A stretch of DNA of 64,000 nucleotides from assembly GCF_006345805.1 (NCBI RefSeq), contig NC_043008.1, positions 73,036,001-73,100,000 on the forward strand, read 5' to 3'. The notes under the pieces are model-generated. The model worked only from the letters and a program-made list of their open reading frames with translations, made no database searches and was not told the origin of the DNA. Each line of letters begins with the position of its first letter. The stretch's first letter is position 1. The stretch comes from Octopus sinensis (taxonomy: Eukaryota). Below, in pieces: positions 1 to 12,334 of this stretch. The position numbers were made by a program, and so were the translations under genes.

Positions 1-542
1 ATGTGCTTTCATGGTTTACTTTTGTACTTGATAACAAGCCCATTGCTTTTTTTCCAAAAATGAAACGCATAAAAACAAGAAGTCAAACACACACACACAC
101 AACAGGCTTCTTCAGTTTCTCTCTATCTATTTCATACAAAGAGTCAGGACAAATATTGTTAAGCATTTTATTTAAGATTTTAATGTTTCTACCATTTCAT
201 TGCCTTAAAGTAGTATAAGTTACATAAGGTGAAAAGCCTCTAGATCATTTGACATGCTAGCCAAATATCCTTCATAATACACCTAATCTATATAAATAAA
301 ACTGAGAAAGTGTGTCTATCTGTCTGTATGTGTGCATCACTAATCAATAAAACACAAAAAACTACCCAACCGATTTCATTCTAATTTTACACATGCCTTG
401 CTTAGGTTCCATGCAGTGTCATGAGCCAAAAATATTTTCAATTTCTTGTCTAATGCAGGCCCAAAAAGTGAAACAATAACATCTCTATTGTAATGTGAGA
501 TATTACTTTCAGTTTTAATAGTGAAACTATTAATACTTTCAC

Positions 543-589
<47 letters not shown>

Positions 590-685
590 GTATATATGTG
601 TGTGCATATATATATATGTATATATATCTACATATATTTGTATATATATGTATATACATATGCAAATTTATGTATATGTATATAT

Positions 686-1551
686 CATCATCATCATCAT
701 CATCATTTAACGTCCGCTTTCCATGCTAGCATGGGTTGGACGGTTCAACTGGGGTCTGGGGAGCCCGAAGGCCGCACCAGGCCAGTCAGATCTGGCAGTG
801 TTTCTACAGCTGGATGCCCTTCCTAACGCCAACCACTCCGAGAGTGTAGTGGGTGATTTTATGTGCCACCGACACAGGTGCCAGACGAGGCTGGCGAACG
901 GCCACGCTCGGATGGTGTTTTTATGTGCCACCGACACAGGTGCCAGACGAAGCTGGCAAACGGCCACGCTCGGATGGTGTTTTTATGTGCCACCGACACA
1001 GGTGCCAGACAAGGCTAGCAGACGACCACGCTCAGATGGTGTTTTTATGTGCCACCGACACAGGTGCCAGACGAGGCTGGCGAACGGCCACGCTCGGATG
1101 GTGTTTTTATGTGCCACCGACACAGGTGCCAGACAAGGCTAGCAGACGACCACGCTCGGATGGTGTTTTTTTTTTTGTGCCACCGACACAGGAGCCAGAT
1201 TAGGCTGGCGATCGGCCACGATTGGATGGTGATTGTTACGTGCCCACAGCATGGAGGCCAGTCGGTGCGGTACTGGCTACGGCCACGTTCGGATGGTTTT
1301 CTTGTGTGCCACCGGCACTGGTACCACAAAGATACAAATTCCATTGATGTTCATCTATTTTGATTTTGTTTGATTTTCACTTGCCTCAACAGGTCTTCAC
1401 AAGTGTCACAAGAAGGAAGGTATGCACAGGTGGACTGACTACGTCCCAGGTAGGGGTCATGGGTTATGGCCTGACTAGTCTTGCCAGGTCTTCTCACGCA
1501 CAGCATACTTCCATAGGTCTCGGTCTCTAGTCATTTCCTTGGTGAGACCAA

Positions 1552-1552
<1 letters not shown>
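686..1552 (-). mobile_element. 5'-truncated RTE-clade LINE (ORF C-terminus, 3'UTR, (GAT)n tail)
   Basis: Minus strand encodes LGLTKEMTRDRDLWKYAVREKTWQD*, followed by a UTR ending GGAAGGGCATCCAGCTGTAGAAAC...AACCCATGCTAGCATGGAAAGCGGACGTTAAA(TGA)n. The same tail recurs at 6773, 13010, 38414, 41421 and 42313. Confidence 0.75.
857..1325. repeat. 62-bp GC-rich tandem repeat (about 7.5 units) inside the RTE 3'UTR
   Basis: ATGTGCCACCGACAC recurs at 861, 923, 985, 1047 and 1109, with diverged units near 1176, 1237 and 1303. Confidence 0.95.
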
Positions 1553-1586
<34 letters not shown>

Positions 1587-1608
1587 CATACATATGCATA
1601 TATATATA

Positions 1609-1742
1609 GGTGCAGACATGGCTGTGTGCTAAGAAGCTTGCTTTCCAACCACATGGTTCCGGGTTCAGTCCCACTGCATGGCACCTTTGGCCAACCAAAG
1701 CCATGTCAGTGGATTTGGTTGATGGAACTGAAAGAAGTCTGT

Positions 1743-1781
<39 letters not shown>

Positions 1782-1999
1782 CTGTATTTGTGTCTGTATT
1801 TGTTCTCCCCCAACATTGCTTAGAAACCGATGTAGATGTGTTTACGTCACCATAACTTAGCAGTTTGGCAGAAGATATCGGTAGAATAAGCACAAGGCTT
1901 ACAAAGAATAAGTTCAGGAGTCAATTTCTTCAATTAAAAGGCAGTGTTCCAGCATGGCCACACTCAAATGAATGAAACAAATAATAGAGTAAAAGAGTA
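1609..1999 (+). mobile_element. tRNA-derived CORE-like SINE, family A
   Basis: A box TGGCTGTGTGC, B box GGTTCAGTCCC, internal (TA)/(TG) tract and 3' GCTCCAGCATGGCC..GAAACAA..TAAAAGAG-type end. Many copies in the window. Confidence 0.8.
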
Positions 2000-2044
2000 T
2001 TATATGTATATGCTTCATACCCATAACTGTTCAAATATGGATAT

Positions 2045-2270
2045 GTGTGTGTGTGCGTGTGTGTGTGTTTATTTGTGTTTCTACTCTCACCATTGCTTGA
2101 CAACCGATGTTGTTGTGTTTACATTCTCTTAACTTAGCAGTTTGGTAAAAGATACTGATAGAATAAGTATTAGGCTTACAAAGAATAAATCCTGATGTCA
2201 ATTTCTGTGACCAACGGTGGTGCTCCAGCATGGCCGCTGTCACATGACTCAAACAAGTAAAACAATAAAA
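2045..2270 (+). mobile_element. SINE family A, 3' half
   Basis: Matches 1765-1999 (CATTGCTTGACAACCGATG...GGTGCTCCAGCATGGCCGC...AAACAAGTAAAA). Confidence 0.75.
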
Positions 2271-3618
2271 AAAATAATGTCATTTTAATCCCAAGCAAGG
2301 TGGGGATATCTCTGCTAGTTATTTATAAAACGGAAAATCATTTTGGACAATGGAGCCCCAGATATAGTCTCTGAAGGGAGAGGGATGGCCACAGTAAAAA
2401 CCTTTTAATCTTTAGTCTGCTCAATGAGGACTGACCTAGGGGTAAACTACAACACCATAAAGTCTGCAATATTGTTTTGAATCATATGAATTCTTTGAAA
2501 TAAAAAGTTCTGTATGATAAAGGAAGACATTATATTGTTACTAAATTGATTAACAGTTTGGTCTTTAGCTCAATTCATAGCATGAAGTGGATGAGTGATA
2601 AATCTTATCACAACAGTGTATCCCAGGTAAACATCCCTAAATGCCTTGATGATCTGGGAAGTCTTTCTGAAATCTTGGTTAAGTGAAGGAATATAAAATA
2701 ATCAAATTTTATTCTCAGAATCTTGTTGTTGCTCATGTAATGCGTGCAAACTCCTTCCTTATGAGTATAACCACACAACTACAAAAACCTGGGAGTTGAT
2801 TAAATTGCTTCAAACAGCTGTTATCTTCCCTTTAAAACGGTGATATGAGCTTTTTGTCCAATACATACATTTAAATATAAAAATGAACAGCTAAGACAAG
2901 TGAAATGTGAACTTCTGAAACCACTTTAGCACCTCACCAATTCCAGACATTAATTCCAGCCAGTCATTATCGTCTCTTGACAAAATCTTGCGAAAAAAGT
3001 ATTTACATGGAAATGAAGGGTTTAAATAACTGTTTTGACTGGAAAAGACAGTAATTTTTACATTCAATTTGATGAAGGCCATAATTGACACGATACAATT
3101 CCACAGTAAAATCATTACCTTATAGCTTCCAGATGAGGTGGAGAATATGAAGATGAAGGAGTTGTTGTTGTTGGTGGTGGTGGTGGTGGTGGTGGCAGTA
3201 GTGCCAACACGAATGTTGGATCTTGTGATGCCAGTGTCATTTGGAGTTGTGTGGGTAGTAATGGTATTCATATAGGTATTAGTAACAGTCGTGAAGTTGG
3301 TATGGGAAGGTGCAGTTGTTGATGGTAAGAGTGGTGTTGATGTTAATAGCATGTTGGTGTACTGATAGTGTTGGTGAAAGTTGCTATGGTGTGAAATTGT
3401 AGGTGGTATTAGTGACATTTTTGTTGTATGTGCTTAAGGATGTTTCATGGTACATGATGAAATTACAGTTATTTAATCGTACACAATACACACATAAAAT
3501 ATATGTGCATGCACATATACATATTCATATATACAAGTAATAAGTTAGCAAGAATTTGATATACCATCATCATTTAACATCCCTTTTTCCAGGCTGGCAT
3601 GGGTCAGACATGAGTGTG

Positions 3619-3652
<34 letters not shown>

Positions 3653-3954
3653 GCAATTAAGGGTAAAACTAATTAATTACGAAGTAATCAATAAATTTCA
3701 CCAAGTAGAATTCGGTATGAAAACAGGACCGTTATACGGTAAATTCTAGTAATACTAATATTGAGGGGTCAGCAAAAGAAATACATCACCACATACCGAA
3801 GTTCAGAAATAACAGCCAAAATCTAAGCCATTTCTTCTACTTAAAAAAAGGGTCTACCAGAGAAACCATAATACTTGAATCTTATTCATCCAGGCAGAGG
3901 GTAACGTAACGAAAATCAATCAATATCCGATTATCCATAGACGTGCGTTTCGGA

Positions 3955-3957
<3 letters not shown>
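3653..3957 (-). mobile_element. Truncated PLE-type terminal-repeat fragment in (TA)n carrying the 3' half of a hammerhead
   Basis: Bounded by (TA)n on both sides. Minus strand begins GATTCC-GAAA-CGCACG-TC (3951-3940). The CUGANGA half is absent. Confidence 0.45.
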
Positions 3958-3994
<37 letters not shown>

Positions 3995-5098
3995 TACACA
4001 CACATGCACATGCACGAGTTAAGGCTACCCAAATCCATCACATTCCTAAAGGAAGTTGATAAGGTTCTTAAGGCAAAAGAAGCTGTGAGAGGTCTGTTTT
4101 TCATTTTGTGCCAAGTCTGTCATTGGGAGATGCAAGTGGAAATGAAACTTGGTCTAATTTTTCCATTAGAAGTGGTAGTAATACACTTTTACACTTTGCC
4201 TGAGTGAGCTGATGAGGACCAAATTAACCTCTGCCAGCAGAAGGGTTCTATCTGCAGTCTCTTGTCAACCTCAACCATTGACCTGGTCTTAGTGCCATGG
4301 CTATCTTCTTGGTAACTGTCTTTAATTCTTTGAGGTCTTAAGCAGTCCTTCGCAAAAAATAATGCACTGATTTTGTTGAGAAACCATAGTAACCAGCTTC
4401 ACTAGAAATCACAATGATCTGCCACTTCTTAAAGAAAATTGTGTTTAACCAACAGATTCACTTGTCTCTTCCAGTGAAAGATTTAACATGAAATGAAAAA
4501 GCAGGTCTCCTACAGCTTCTTTTTCTCCGAGGAACCTCATCACCTTCATTTAGGAAACTGATATCGTTGGATGGTGATGTCTATTGTTTATTTGCCTTAA
4601 TTCTCTTCAGGTCTGTCTGCTTGATGATTTCTGTAAATCATGCTTCCATTTATATCCGCTTTCTCCCAGTGCCCTGAGGCATCCAGTCAAAATGTTAAGT
4701 GTTATCCCAGTTGAAATATGAATACATGCATACACTCATGGATGCATGTGCATGCCAAGTGTATGTGTGTAGATGCAGTATGTTCAAAGAGTTAATTTCA
4801 TTTCGCAACCATGTCACACACTGTGTCATACTAATTCAGACTAAAAATTATGTCAATGGTACATGTGTCACTGGAATACTCAGCCACATACACACTAGTT
4901 TAATGTGCAGTTAATTAAACTGACTGAACAACTGAATATAAGGAAATCAATAAGATAAGAAACAACTGAAATGAGAAAGAACTGGGGTCAATATGATGGA
5001 CTAAAAATTCTTGAAGTCTAGAATCAAAAAAAGACATAAGGATGACTTGAGAAATAGTCATAGGGTCACCCATTTTTGGAGAGGAGAACAATCAGTTG

Positions 5099-5174
5099 AC
5101 TCTTTACTCTTTTATTTGTTTCAGTCATGTGGTTGGTAAGCAAGCAACTTACCACACAGCCACTCCTGTGCCTA
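5099..5174 (-). mobile_element. Internally deleted SINE family A (head fused to tail)
   Basis: Minus strand reads GGCACAGGAGTGGCTGTGTGGTAAG..CCAACCACATG joined directly to ACTGAAACAAATAAAAGAGTAAAGAG. Confidence 0.7.
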
Positions 5175-6409
5175 TGCTCCTGACCTTAATACTTGACACA
5201 TACTTTCTTAAGTAGCTTATTTACATATGAAATGCAAGGTCAACTTCAGAGGTATTTCACCTCAGAATATAAAATGGCAGAGTAAAGACATATGATATTT
5301 TAAAAACTCTAATAATGCAATGTGCAGGTGAATGTGCTTAGACAAATCTCTTGGTTTAAAAAGACTCAAAAAAATAAAAACAATCTAACAGACTAACCTA
5401 CGTAAGATTGATGGAATAAATAATGTTATGTTGTAAGATAGCTCTAAAATATGGCCTAAATTTGATTTAATGGTGGTTAATATCTGATGTGTAAGATGAT
5501 CTCTGATAAGCTAGTGTAGATTAGAATATATATAAGCAGGTGAGTCTGTACAGGAAGAATTTAACATAATTTCTAACCAAAATAGGTTGACGAACTAATA
5601 AATAATATAGCTTACATGTAGACTTGGCTGCTAAAATATGGCTAAATTGTTTAAGCAGAGGGTGATAGTAATATATTGAACACTGTATGATGATGTTTAT
5701 GACGAAACATCAGCTGATGTGGAAATATTGCCACTACCATTAATATACATGTCTTTGTCCTTACAGGGCTGTTTCACTTCTCAATCTGTCGGCATGAAAT
5801 ATTCTGTTCAATCATGCCACTGCAATGAAAAGTGTCATAAACAAACCACTTCAATTCCCTGTTATCAATGAAAGTATCTGGTCATAAAACTTTTCTATGG
5901 TTCTCAGAAAATCTAAAGAAAATAGGGGCGGGGGAGGAACGAGGATGGTTTATGTGGTTAAATATGAAGATGGAGCAGAAGAAAGAGTTTAGCATTAACA
6001 ACATTTTATTTTATGCATTGGTGATCTTTCTGGGTGTGTGTATTTGAATTTGCAAGTGTGAATATGTGCATCTGTGTTTATATGCTTATTTGTGTATGTG
6101 TGTGTATCTGTCTGTATTTGCATGTGTGAATGTTTGTGTGAGCTTAAAATGTAATAATATTTGTATATTTGCCTGTGCATGTGTGAGAGAGTGTCTGTGT
6201 ATATGTAAAAGCATAAAATGCACATATATGTGTTTGTATGTAAAATCTAACAATATGAGAGTATGTATGTGAATGTCAGATGCAAAATACAATGATCTAC
6301 CGTGGTTGCCTTGGTTTATTTTGTGTGATTGAATTATGATCTGTGATTGGTCAATTTGTGACATTTACAATAAATTTTATTTCAGCAGTGTATTCTTTTA
6401 TTATTGATA

Positions 6410-6730
6410 AAGTTAAGGAGTATCACTGCTGTCATGTGCCATCATCACAGTAGTGAGTGACTATAGCAGGAGTATGCTATCATATCAAAAATTAGGAGCT
6501 GTGTCAGGAGTATACTATATTAGCTGATGTACTGTTTTACATGAAGAGTACAATGTCAGAGTAGGAGTACACTACATTAGTTGGTCAGTGTCATATCAGT
6601 TTACTATATAGATGGTGTACAGTGTCATATTAGAAGTATGCTATCTTAGATCATGCTCACTGTTGTGGCAGGATTAAGCAGACATATGAAGAATATAATT
6701 TTTTTGTTACTGTGCCGTCATGCCATAAGT
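6410..6730. repeat. Degenerate ~20-bp minisatellite (GTCATATCAGGAGTATACT-like)
   Basis: Recurrent AGGAGTAT and TGTCATAT words, resuming at 7430-7490 and 7815-7950 around SINE insertions. Confidence 0.5.
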
Positions 6731-6772
6731 GTTTTAATTAACTGCTGTTGGAAGAACATATTAGCAGCAAGC

Positions 6773-7005
6773 ATTGATGTGACTTCTGGTGCCACATGAA
6801 AAAAGCACTGGTGATGGTGCCATATAAAAAGCACCCAGTACATGCTGTAAAGTGATTGACTCTAAGAAACTAAGCTGTAGACAGTAAGCCAAACCAAACT
6901 ATGGAACTTAGTGTGGCCCTCTGGCCTGGCCAGTTCCTTTTCAGCCATCCAACCCATGCCAGTATGGAAAAAGGACGTTAAATATTGAGGATGATGATGA
7001 TGATG
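6773..7005 (+). mobile_element. RTE 3'-tail element
   Basis: GGTGCCACATGAAAAAAGCAC...CCATCCAACCCATGCCAGTATGGAAAAAGGACGTTAAA followed by (GAT)n. Confidence 0.7.
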
Positions 7006-7028
7006 AATCCACTTAGTTGACAATTAGT

Positions 7029-7158
7029 GATGTGGTTCCGGGTTCAGTCTCACTGCGTGGCACCTTGGGCAAGTGTCTTCTACTATAGCCTCGGGCCGAC
7101 CAAAACCTTGTGAGTGGATTTGGTTGACAGAAACTAAAAGAAGCCCATTGTATATATG

Positions 7159-7189
<31 letters not shown>

Positions 7190-7417
7190 GTATGTGTGTG
7201 TGTGCATGTTTGTGTGTCTGTGTTTGTCCCCCCAACATCGCTTGGCAACCAATGCTGGTGTGTTTATGACCCTGTAACTTAGAAGTTCGGCAAAAGAGAC
7301 CGATAGAATAAGTACAAGGCTTACAAAGAATAAGTCCTGGGTCGATTTGCTCGACTAAAGGCAGTGCTCCAGCATGGCCACAGTCAAATGACTGAAACAA
7401 GTAAAAGAGTAAAAGAG
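7029..7417 (+). mobile_element. SINE family A, well preserved, 5' clipped
   Basis: B box GGGTTCAGTCTC, CORE-like GTGGCACCTTGGGCAAGTGTCTTCTACTATAGCCTCGG and tail GTAAAAGAGTAAAAGAG. Confidence 0.85.
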
Positions 7418-7488
7418 GTGTCAAGGCAAGACCATAATGCTATGTCAGACCAATACTTGATGACAGCTTGTATTATATCAGGAGAATA

Positions 7489-7813
7489 GGAGCACTCCAT
7501 CGGGTACGATGATGAGGGTCCCAGCTGATACGGCCAATGGAACAGCCTGCTCATGAAATTAACATGCAAGTGACTGAGCAATCCACAGACACACGTACCC
7601 CTAACGTAGTTCTCAGGGAGATTCAGCGTGACACAGAGTGTGACAAGGCAGGCGCTTTGAAATACAGGTACAACTCATTTTTGCCAGCTGAGTGGACTGG
7701 AGCAATGTGAAATAAATTCTCTTGTTCAAGGACACAACACGTTGCCAGGAATTGAAGTCACGACCTTACGATCTTGAGTCGAATGCCCTAACCACTAAGC
7801 CTCGTGCCTTCAC
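7489..7813 (-). mobile_element. tRNA-derived SINE family C with 12-bp TSD
   Basis: Reverse complement of 57947-58268. TSD ATCAGGAGAATA at 7477-7488 and 7814-7825. Confidence 0.85.
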
Positions 7814-7981
7814 ATCAGGAGAATAATGCAAGAATATACGATCCAAGCTGTATCAAAAGTATAATTGCTATAGCATGAAGCCTTAAATATGTGTATCGGG
7901 TCATGATAAGAGTGTCATTTTGTTGTAGGAGTATTGTACAGTGACAGAACTACACGTTTCTCTTTTCTGAATATTGTCAGG

Positions 7982-8017
<36 letters not shown>

Positions 8018-8504
8018 ACACACACACACATGCATTTAAATTGAATTCACAATCTTTGTACTGGCAGCTCTCTTCTCTTATGTTATCCATTTTCCTGTAA
8101 CATTCTCAAAGCTTCACTAATTCTCTGCAAGATGTTTGCTTGTTGTGGTAGTTGACAGTTGACTCTCATCTGCTGTGTCATTTTCATATTTTGAGATAAA
8201 ATTAAACAGTTGTTAATGAAGTTGGAAAAAAAATCAGAAATAATGAAGCTTGTTTTATTGGCACAAATGTATCCTCAAAATCAGTTTCTAGTGAAGTAAC
8301 ACTATCTAGTTAATATAAATGCATCCCAAAGGTCAGACTTCAGTGAACTAACACAGTCCTATATAGTTTTCTCAATTAATTCCTAGTATTGTATTATTGC
8401 TCTGAGAGTGATAAAACTTAAGGCACACCCTAGCAAACTTTGAATTCAGCATGTTAGCCAACATAAGTAACTACAAGGTATTTCATCTGGTACTTCACTA
8501 TTCC

Positions 8505-8660
8505 TGATGTTTAGGTCCAACTCAGCTCAGATCAAGCAGACCACTGATCAAACAAATTCCAGCCCTGTTCATCCTACCTTTTCACTATATCCAAAGTCGA
8601 TCAAGTGTGATATATAGGGGAAATTTGGTTGTTATTTCTAGCAGAGTGGACAACCATATT
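8505..8660 (-). mobile_element. Short interspersed repeat (SINE-like 3' part), family E
   Basis: GGTCTGCTTGATCTGAGCTGAGTTGGACCTAAACA-type end shared with 2330-2460 (+), 16975-17165 (+) and 40075-40270 (-). Confidence 0.5.
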
Positions 8661-9422
8661 ATTGTTTTTGCTGTGCAACAGCTTACCCTCATTTTTAGCC
8701 ACTTCTCACCCTTCTGTTATTCTCTCCACCCCCATATGCATTCTCAATTTTATCATCATCCATGTCACATCACTAAACATTGAATTTTGGGATTCATTTC
8801 TGCCAAGTATCTGGAATAAATGCAAGAATTATTAACTTGTTTTGTTTGTAGTTTTTTCCTTCAAATCCAAGAATATAAAAAACACCCTACAAATGAGAGG
8901 TGTCAAATCCCATTCCTCTACAATTTAATTAACAATTCTATTTTAGTTCCAGAGAACCAATCTCCCTTAATATCATTCTCTTGTTGCCTTAATTCTTGTA
9001 CACTAAGGATTTAAAGGTTTTCAAGGAATTCTCATGTTTTCTATTCACTGATGCACACACACACACACAACTTCTGTTTATGTACACTCACAAGATCCTG
9101 TGAACAGATACATACATGTATACACACAGACATATATATACTGCCACATGCATATACACTCACACACATCTACACAAACTTACATACATACTTACACAAA
9201 GGTATGTAGACAGGCATGTAGAAAATTATGTAGACAAATAAACAGACACATACATTTACATATGTACCGCTACATAAATACACATAAGCATTGAAAGTCA
9301 CATATGCGCATACACACACAGGCACACACTTGTTCACAGATACACATATATATACATACATATATATATATAAGGAAAATAAGACAAAGTAGAAAATGCT
9401 AAAATAATTTTATCATGAAGAA

Positions 9423-9470
9423 CATTTTAGTACCGGTTTCAGCCTTTGCAACTTTTTCAACTTAGAGTAA
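9423..9470 (-). ncRNA. Minimal type I hammerhead-like motif, U3-A8 core variant
   Basis: Minus strand AG-TTGAAAA-AGTT gcaaa GGCT-GAAA-CCGG-TA-CT. Helix III is palindromic and helix I is weak. A second copy at about 12880-12922 (+) has stem II AGTC/GACT. Confidence 0.6.
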
Positions 9471-9705
9471 AGCATGAAAAACAATTAAATTGAGAAAAAA
9501 GTAAATGAAATGTTTTTTAAATATTTCCATAAGTTTTCAAATGCAAGGGACATTTTCCTTTTTTTTCTGTCTGTCTCTGTCTCTTTTTTCTATTCATGTG
9601 AGTTCTTGGTAGTAGGTAGCAGTTAGTAGTAGTCCTAATATTTGATATGAATTCTTAGTTTTGATTGTTTAAACAGCAGTAGTAGTTGGGAAAGGAGGTG
9701 GTGGT

Positions 9706-9872
9706 GAAGAAGAAGAAGAAGAAGGAGAAGAAGAAGAAGAAAAAGAAGAAGAAGAGAAGAAGAAGAAGAGAAGAAGAAGAAGAAGAAGAAGAAGAAGAAG
9801 AAGAAGAAGAAGAAGAAAAAGAAGAAGAAGAAAAAGAAGGAGGAGGAGGAGGAGGAGGAGATGAAGAAGAAA
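9706..9872. repeat. (GAA)n/(GGA)n microsatellite
   Basis: Direct reading. Confidence 0.98.
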
Positions 9873-10041
9873 AATGTGGGAGTGGTATGACAGTTGCAGG
9901 ATGTTGGTGAAATCCTCTTAAATGCGCAAGTGATCAAAAAGTGACCCGTTGTGGTTGTAGTAGTAGTGATTGGAATTGTTCTGAATAAATTCATGGGTAG
10001 TGACTGTTCTGAATATATTATCTTTAATATTTGCGTGGGTA

Positions 10042-12334
10042 TCATTCTAAGGCCCCTGTAATAGTATCATTTGTGGTGGATGCATTCAAAAGGGGTTTAT
10101 ATTTTGTGATAAAATATGACACTTTACTAATGCACTGACTACAGGTTGCATCGTCCACGAATTTATAGAGGGTAAAATTTCTGAAGTTGGGTTGTTTGTT
10201 ATTGGCACAAATGTCGATGTGTTCGCTGAATACTATTTTTTGGTATTCTTGAATTTTGATTTGGGATCTATGTAGAGCCATCCTTTGATGTAGACTGTTT
10301 TTGCTTTGGCCTATGTATTGCTCTTGACACCCAGAAAAAGTTAATACATACATTAGGTTCTCCAAAGAACATGTGAAGTTGCTGTTCACTGTAAAACGTT
10401 GACTCTGTTTGAAAGAGAACTTCTATCCCTCAATTAAGTTGATGCATATACCACAGTTAGGTCTTCCACATTTTTTTACTGATGGCTTCAGTGTTGTTGA
10501 CGAGCATTTTGGGCTTGTGTTAGGAGACTTTTCATAGATTTGGGTTATCTTTTGCTCTTTATGATGGTGTGCATTTGGAGGATTAAATTCATTGTGGTCC
10601 CTTTTTAGTATGGGAATGTTCTGAAGGATGGTGTCGAAGGTTTCATTGTTAAGAGAGTTGTGTGTAAAGATATATGGTAGAGCTTTTGGTTGTAAATCCT
10701 TCTTTAATTTCAGATGTCTGAGTTCGTGGATGTTGAGTTGTAGGGCATGTTGAAAGCATATATGAATTAGTGGTGGTGGGTAGTTCCTGATAATGAGTGT
10801 ATTTTTTAGTTCATATAGTCGTGTGTCTCTGGTGCTTGTATTAGAAACTATAGTACAAATTCTTTTTGCTAGGTTGAAAGGGATATTTATTCTAGTGTGT
10901 CTGGGGTGGCATGAGTTGAACGGTAGATAGTGCTTGTAGTCAATGGGCTTATAGTATATATCTGTTTCTATTTCATTGTTAGATTTCTTAATGAAGATGT
11001 TGAGGAATGGAAGTTGTTGATGGCTATATTCCATCGTAAATTTAATACTTACATCAAGTCCATTTATACATGCTTCAAATTCTTCAAGTCTATCATTACT
11101 CTCATGCCAAAGAATGACACAGTCATCCAGATACCTCTTCCAGTTATTTTTTATGTAGAGGAAGAATGGGTTGCCGTATTTTTTTAGTACCTTATGATAA
11201 AGACTGTTTTCTAGATAAGCCATGACTAGGTTTGCAAAGGAAGGGGCCATTCTCATATCAATCATAGTCCCCGATTTTTGTAGATAGAAGTTGTCTTTGA
11301 AGACAAAATAGTTATTCTCCAAGATGAATTTTAGCTCTTCTATTACGAATTCTTTTTTTATGTGATGTGGCCGTTTATTGGAGTAATTCTCTTGCCAGAA
11401 TTGAACTGCCTCTATTCCTAGGTTGGTGGAGGAGGGTGTGGATATTAGAATAGAGGTTGACTATATCGAAGGATACTAGAAAGGGTATTTTTGTTTATTG
11501 TTTTAGGGAGGTGATTGAGCATATTTAGGTCGTCCCTTATGTAGCTTTTGACATGCTTGAGGAATGGTTTTAAGAGGGTGTCTGAAAAGTTACTGAGGCG
11601 CTGGGCTTCGTATGCAGGACCTGCTGTTATAGGTCTTAATTTGAGATCATTAGGAGTAAGGACCTTGATTATTATGTCTGTGGCTATCCTGTATGCATTA
11701 CTTATTTTCTCACTTTTGTGTATCTTAGGGATACTCTAGAACTGATTGGATTTACTGTTGAAGTTGGTCATATAATCGTGTTCCTTGTTGGGGAGCCCTT
11801 CTCTGTATAGATTTAACATGGATTTTAGGTTTCGCATTATTTTCTGCTGACTGTAGTGTTGAACCTTTTCATAATATGCTGTGTCTTCTAATATGGATAG
11901 TACTAGAGTTATATAGAATACCGTGTCCATTAAGACAACTGCACTCCCTGTATCAGCCTCCTTGATTGTTATTGTTTATCATCTTTTAATTTGTTCAGTT
12001 CAGCCCATACTTTTTTGCTGAAGTTTTGTTTGTGATTTTGTTTGTGTATATGTTGATATGGGTAATTCGTGACCTATTCACAGAAATGATCAAAACTTTT
12101 GTTCTTACCTTTTGAAGGGGTGTAGTTACTTCTACTTTGGACTAATGATTAGTCCTTGTTGTATTTGTTGTATAGTTCCTCAGTAAGTTGTAATTTTCTA
12201 TAGAATTCCATGATGTCTTCTTTCATTTCATTGTAGTTGGGGTGTTGGATGAGGGTAAACTTGAGCCCTTTGGAGAGTATGTTGATTTGGTTTGCTGTTA
12301 GTTCTTCGTGAGTTAGGTTGATGATTTTTATCAC
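10042..12334 (-). pseudogene. PLE reverse transcriptase-GIY-YIG endonuclease polyprotein, frameshifted
   Basis: Motifs in order: LSKGLKF, EADTGSAVVLMD, RPITAG, FDIVNLYSNI, LQKSGT..MAPSFANL, WKRYLDD, LPFLNI, DIYYKP, Cys linker CGRPNCGIC/FTC, and MYVL..CQEQYIGQS..QRMALH. Confidence 0.92.

Larger units (their letters stand above)
287..2318 (+). mobile_element. Probable non-autonomous Helitron expanded by nested insertions
   Basis: Starts A|TCTATATAAATAAAA at 287 and ends with an ATCCC..GGGAT hairpin then CTAG|T at 2318. This fits an A|T target with no TSD. The interior is interrupted by microsatellites, an RTE end and SINEs. Confidence 0.55.

Noticed and set aside
875-920. HDV-like ribozyme in the 62-bp unit (CCAGCCTCGTCTGG resembles P3/L3)
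   Set aside because: I could not build P1, P1.1, P2 or the J4/2 catalytic C by eye. RTE-associated HDV-like ribozymes are normally at the 5' end.
857-1325. CRISPR-like regular array
   Set aside because: Units are contiguous with no unique spacers, there are no cas genes, and it lies in a eukaryotic LINE UTR.
2891-3418. 175-aa ORF as a host exon
   Set aside because: Half is low-complexity Thr-rich sequence, with no recognisable domain or convincing splice pair.
4205-4240. CTGATGA hammerhead core (also 14524 minus, 31965 and 32105)
   Set aside because: No downstream stem II, GAAA and UH, and no closing helix I.
9635-10045. Poly-Phe/Leu and poly-Lys/Glu ORFs
   Set aside because: These are translations of (GAA)n. 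The same applies to the many YIYI, HTHT and CVCV ORFs.
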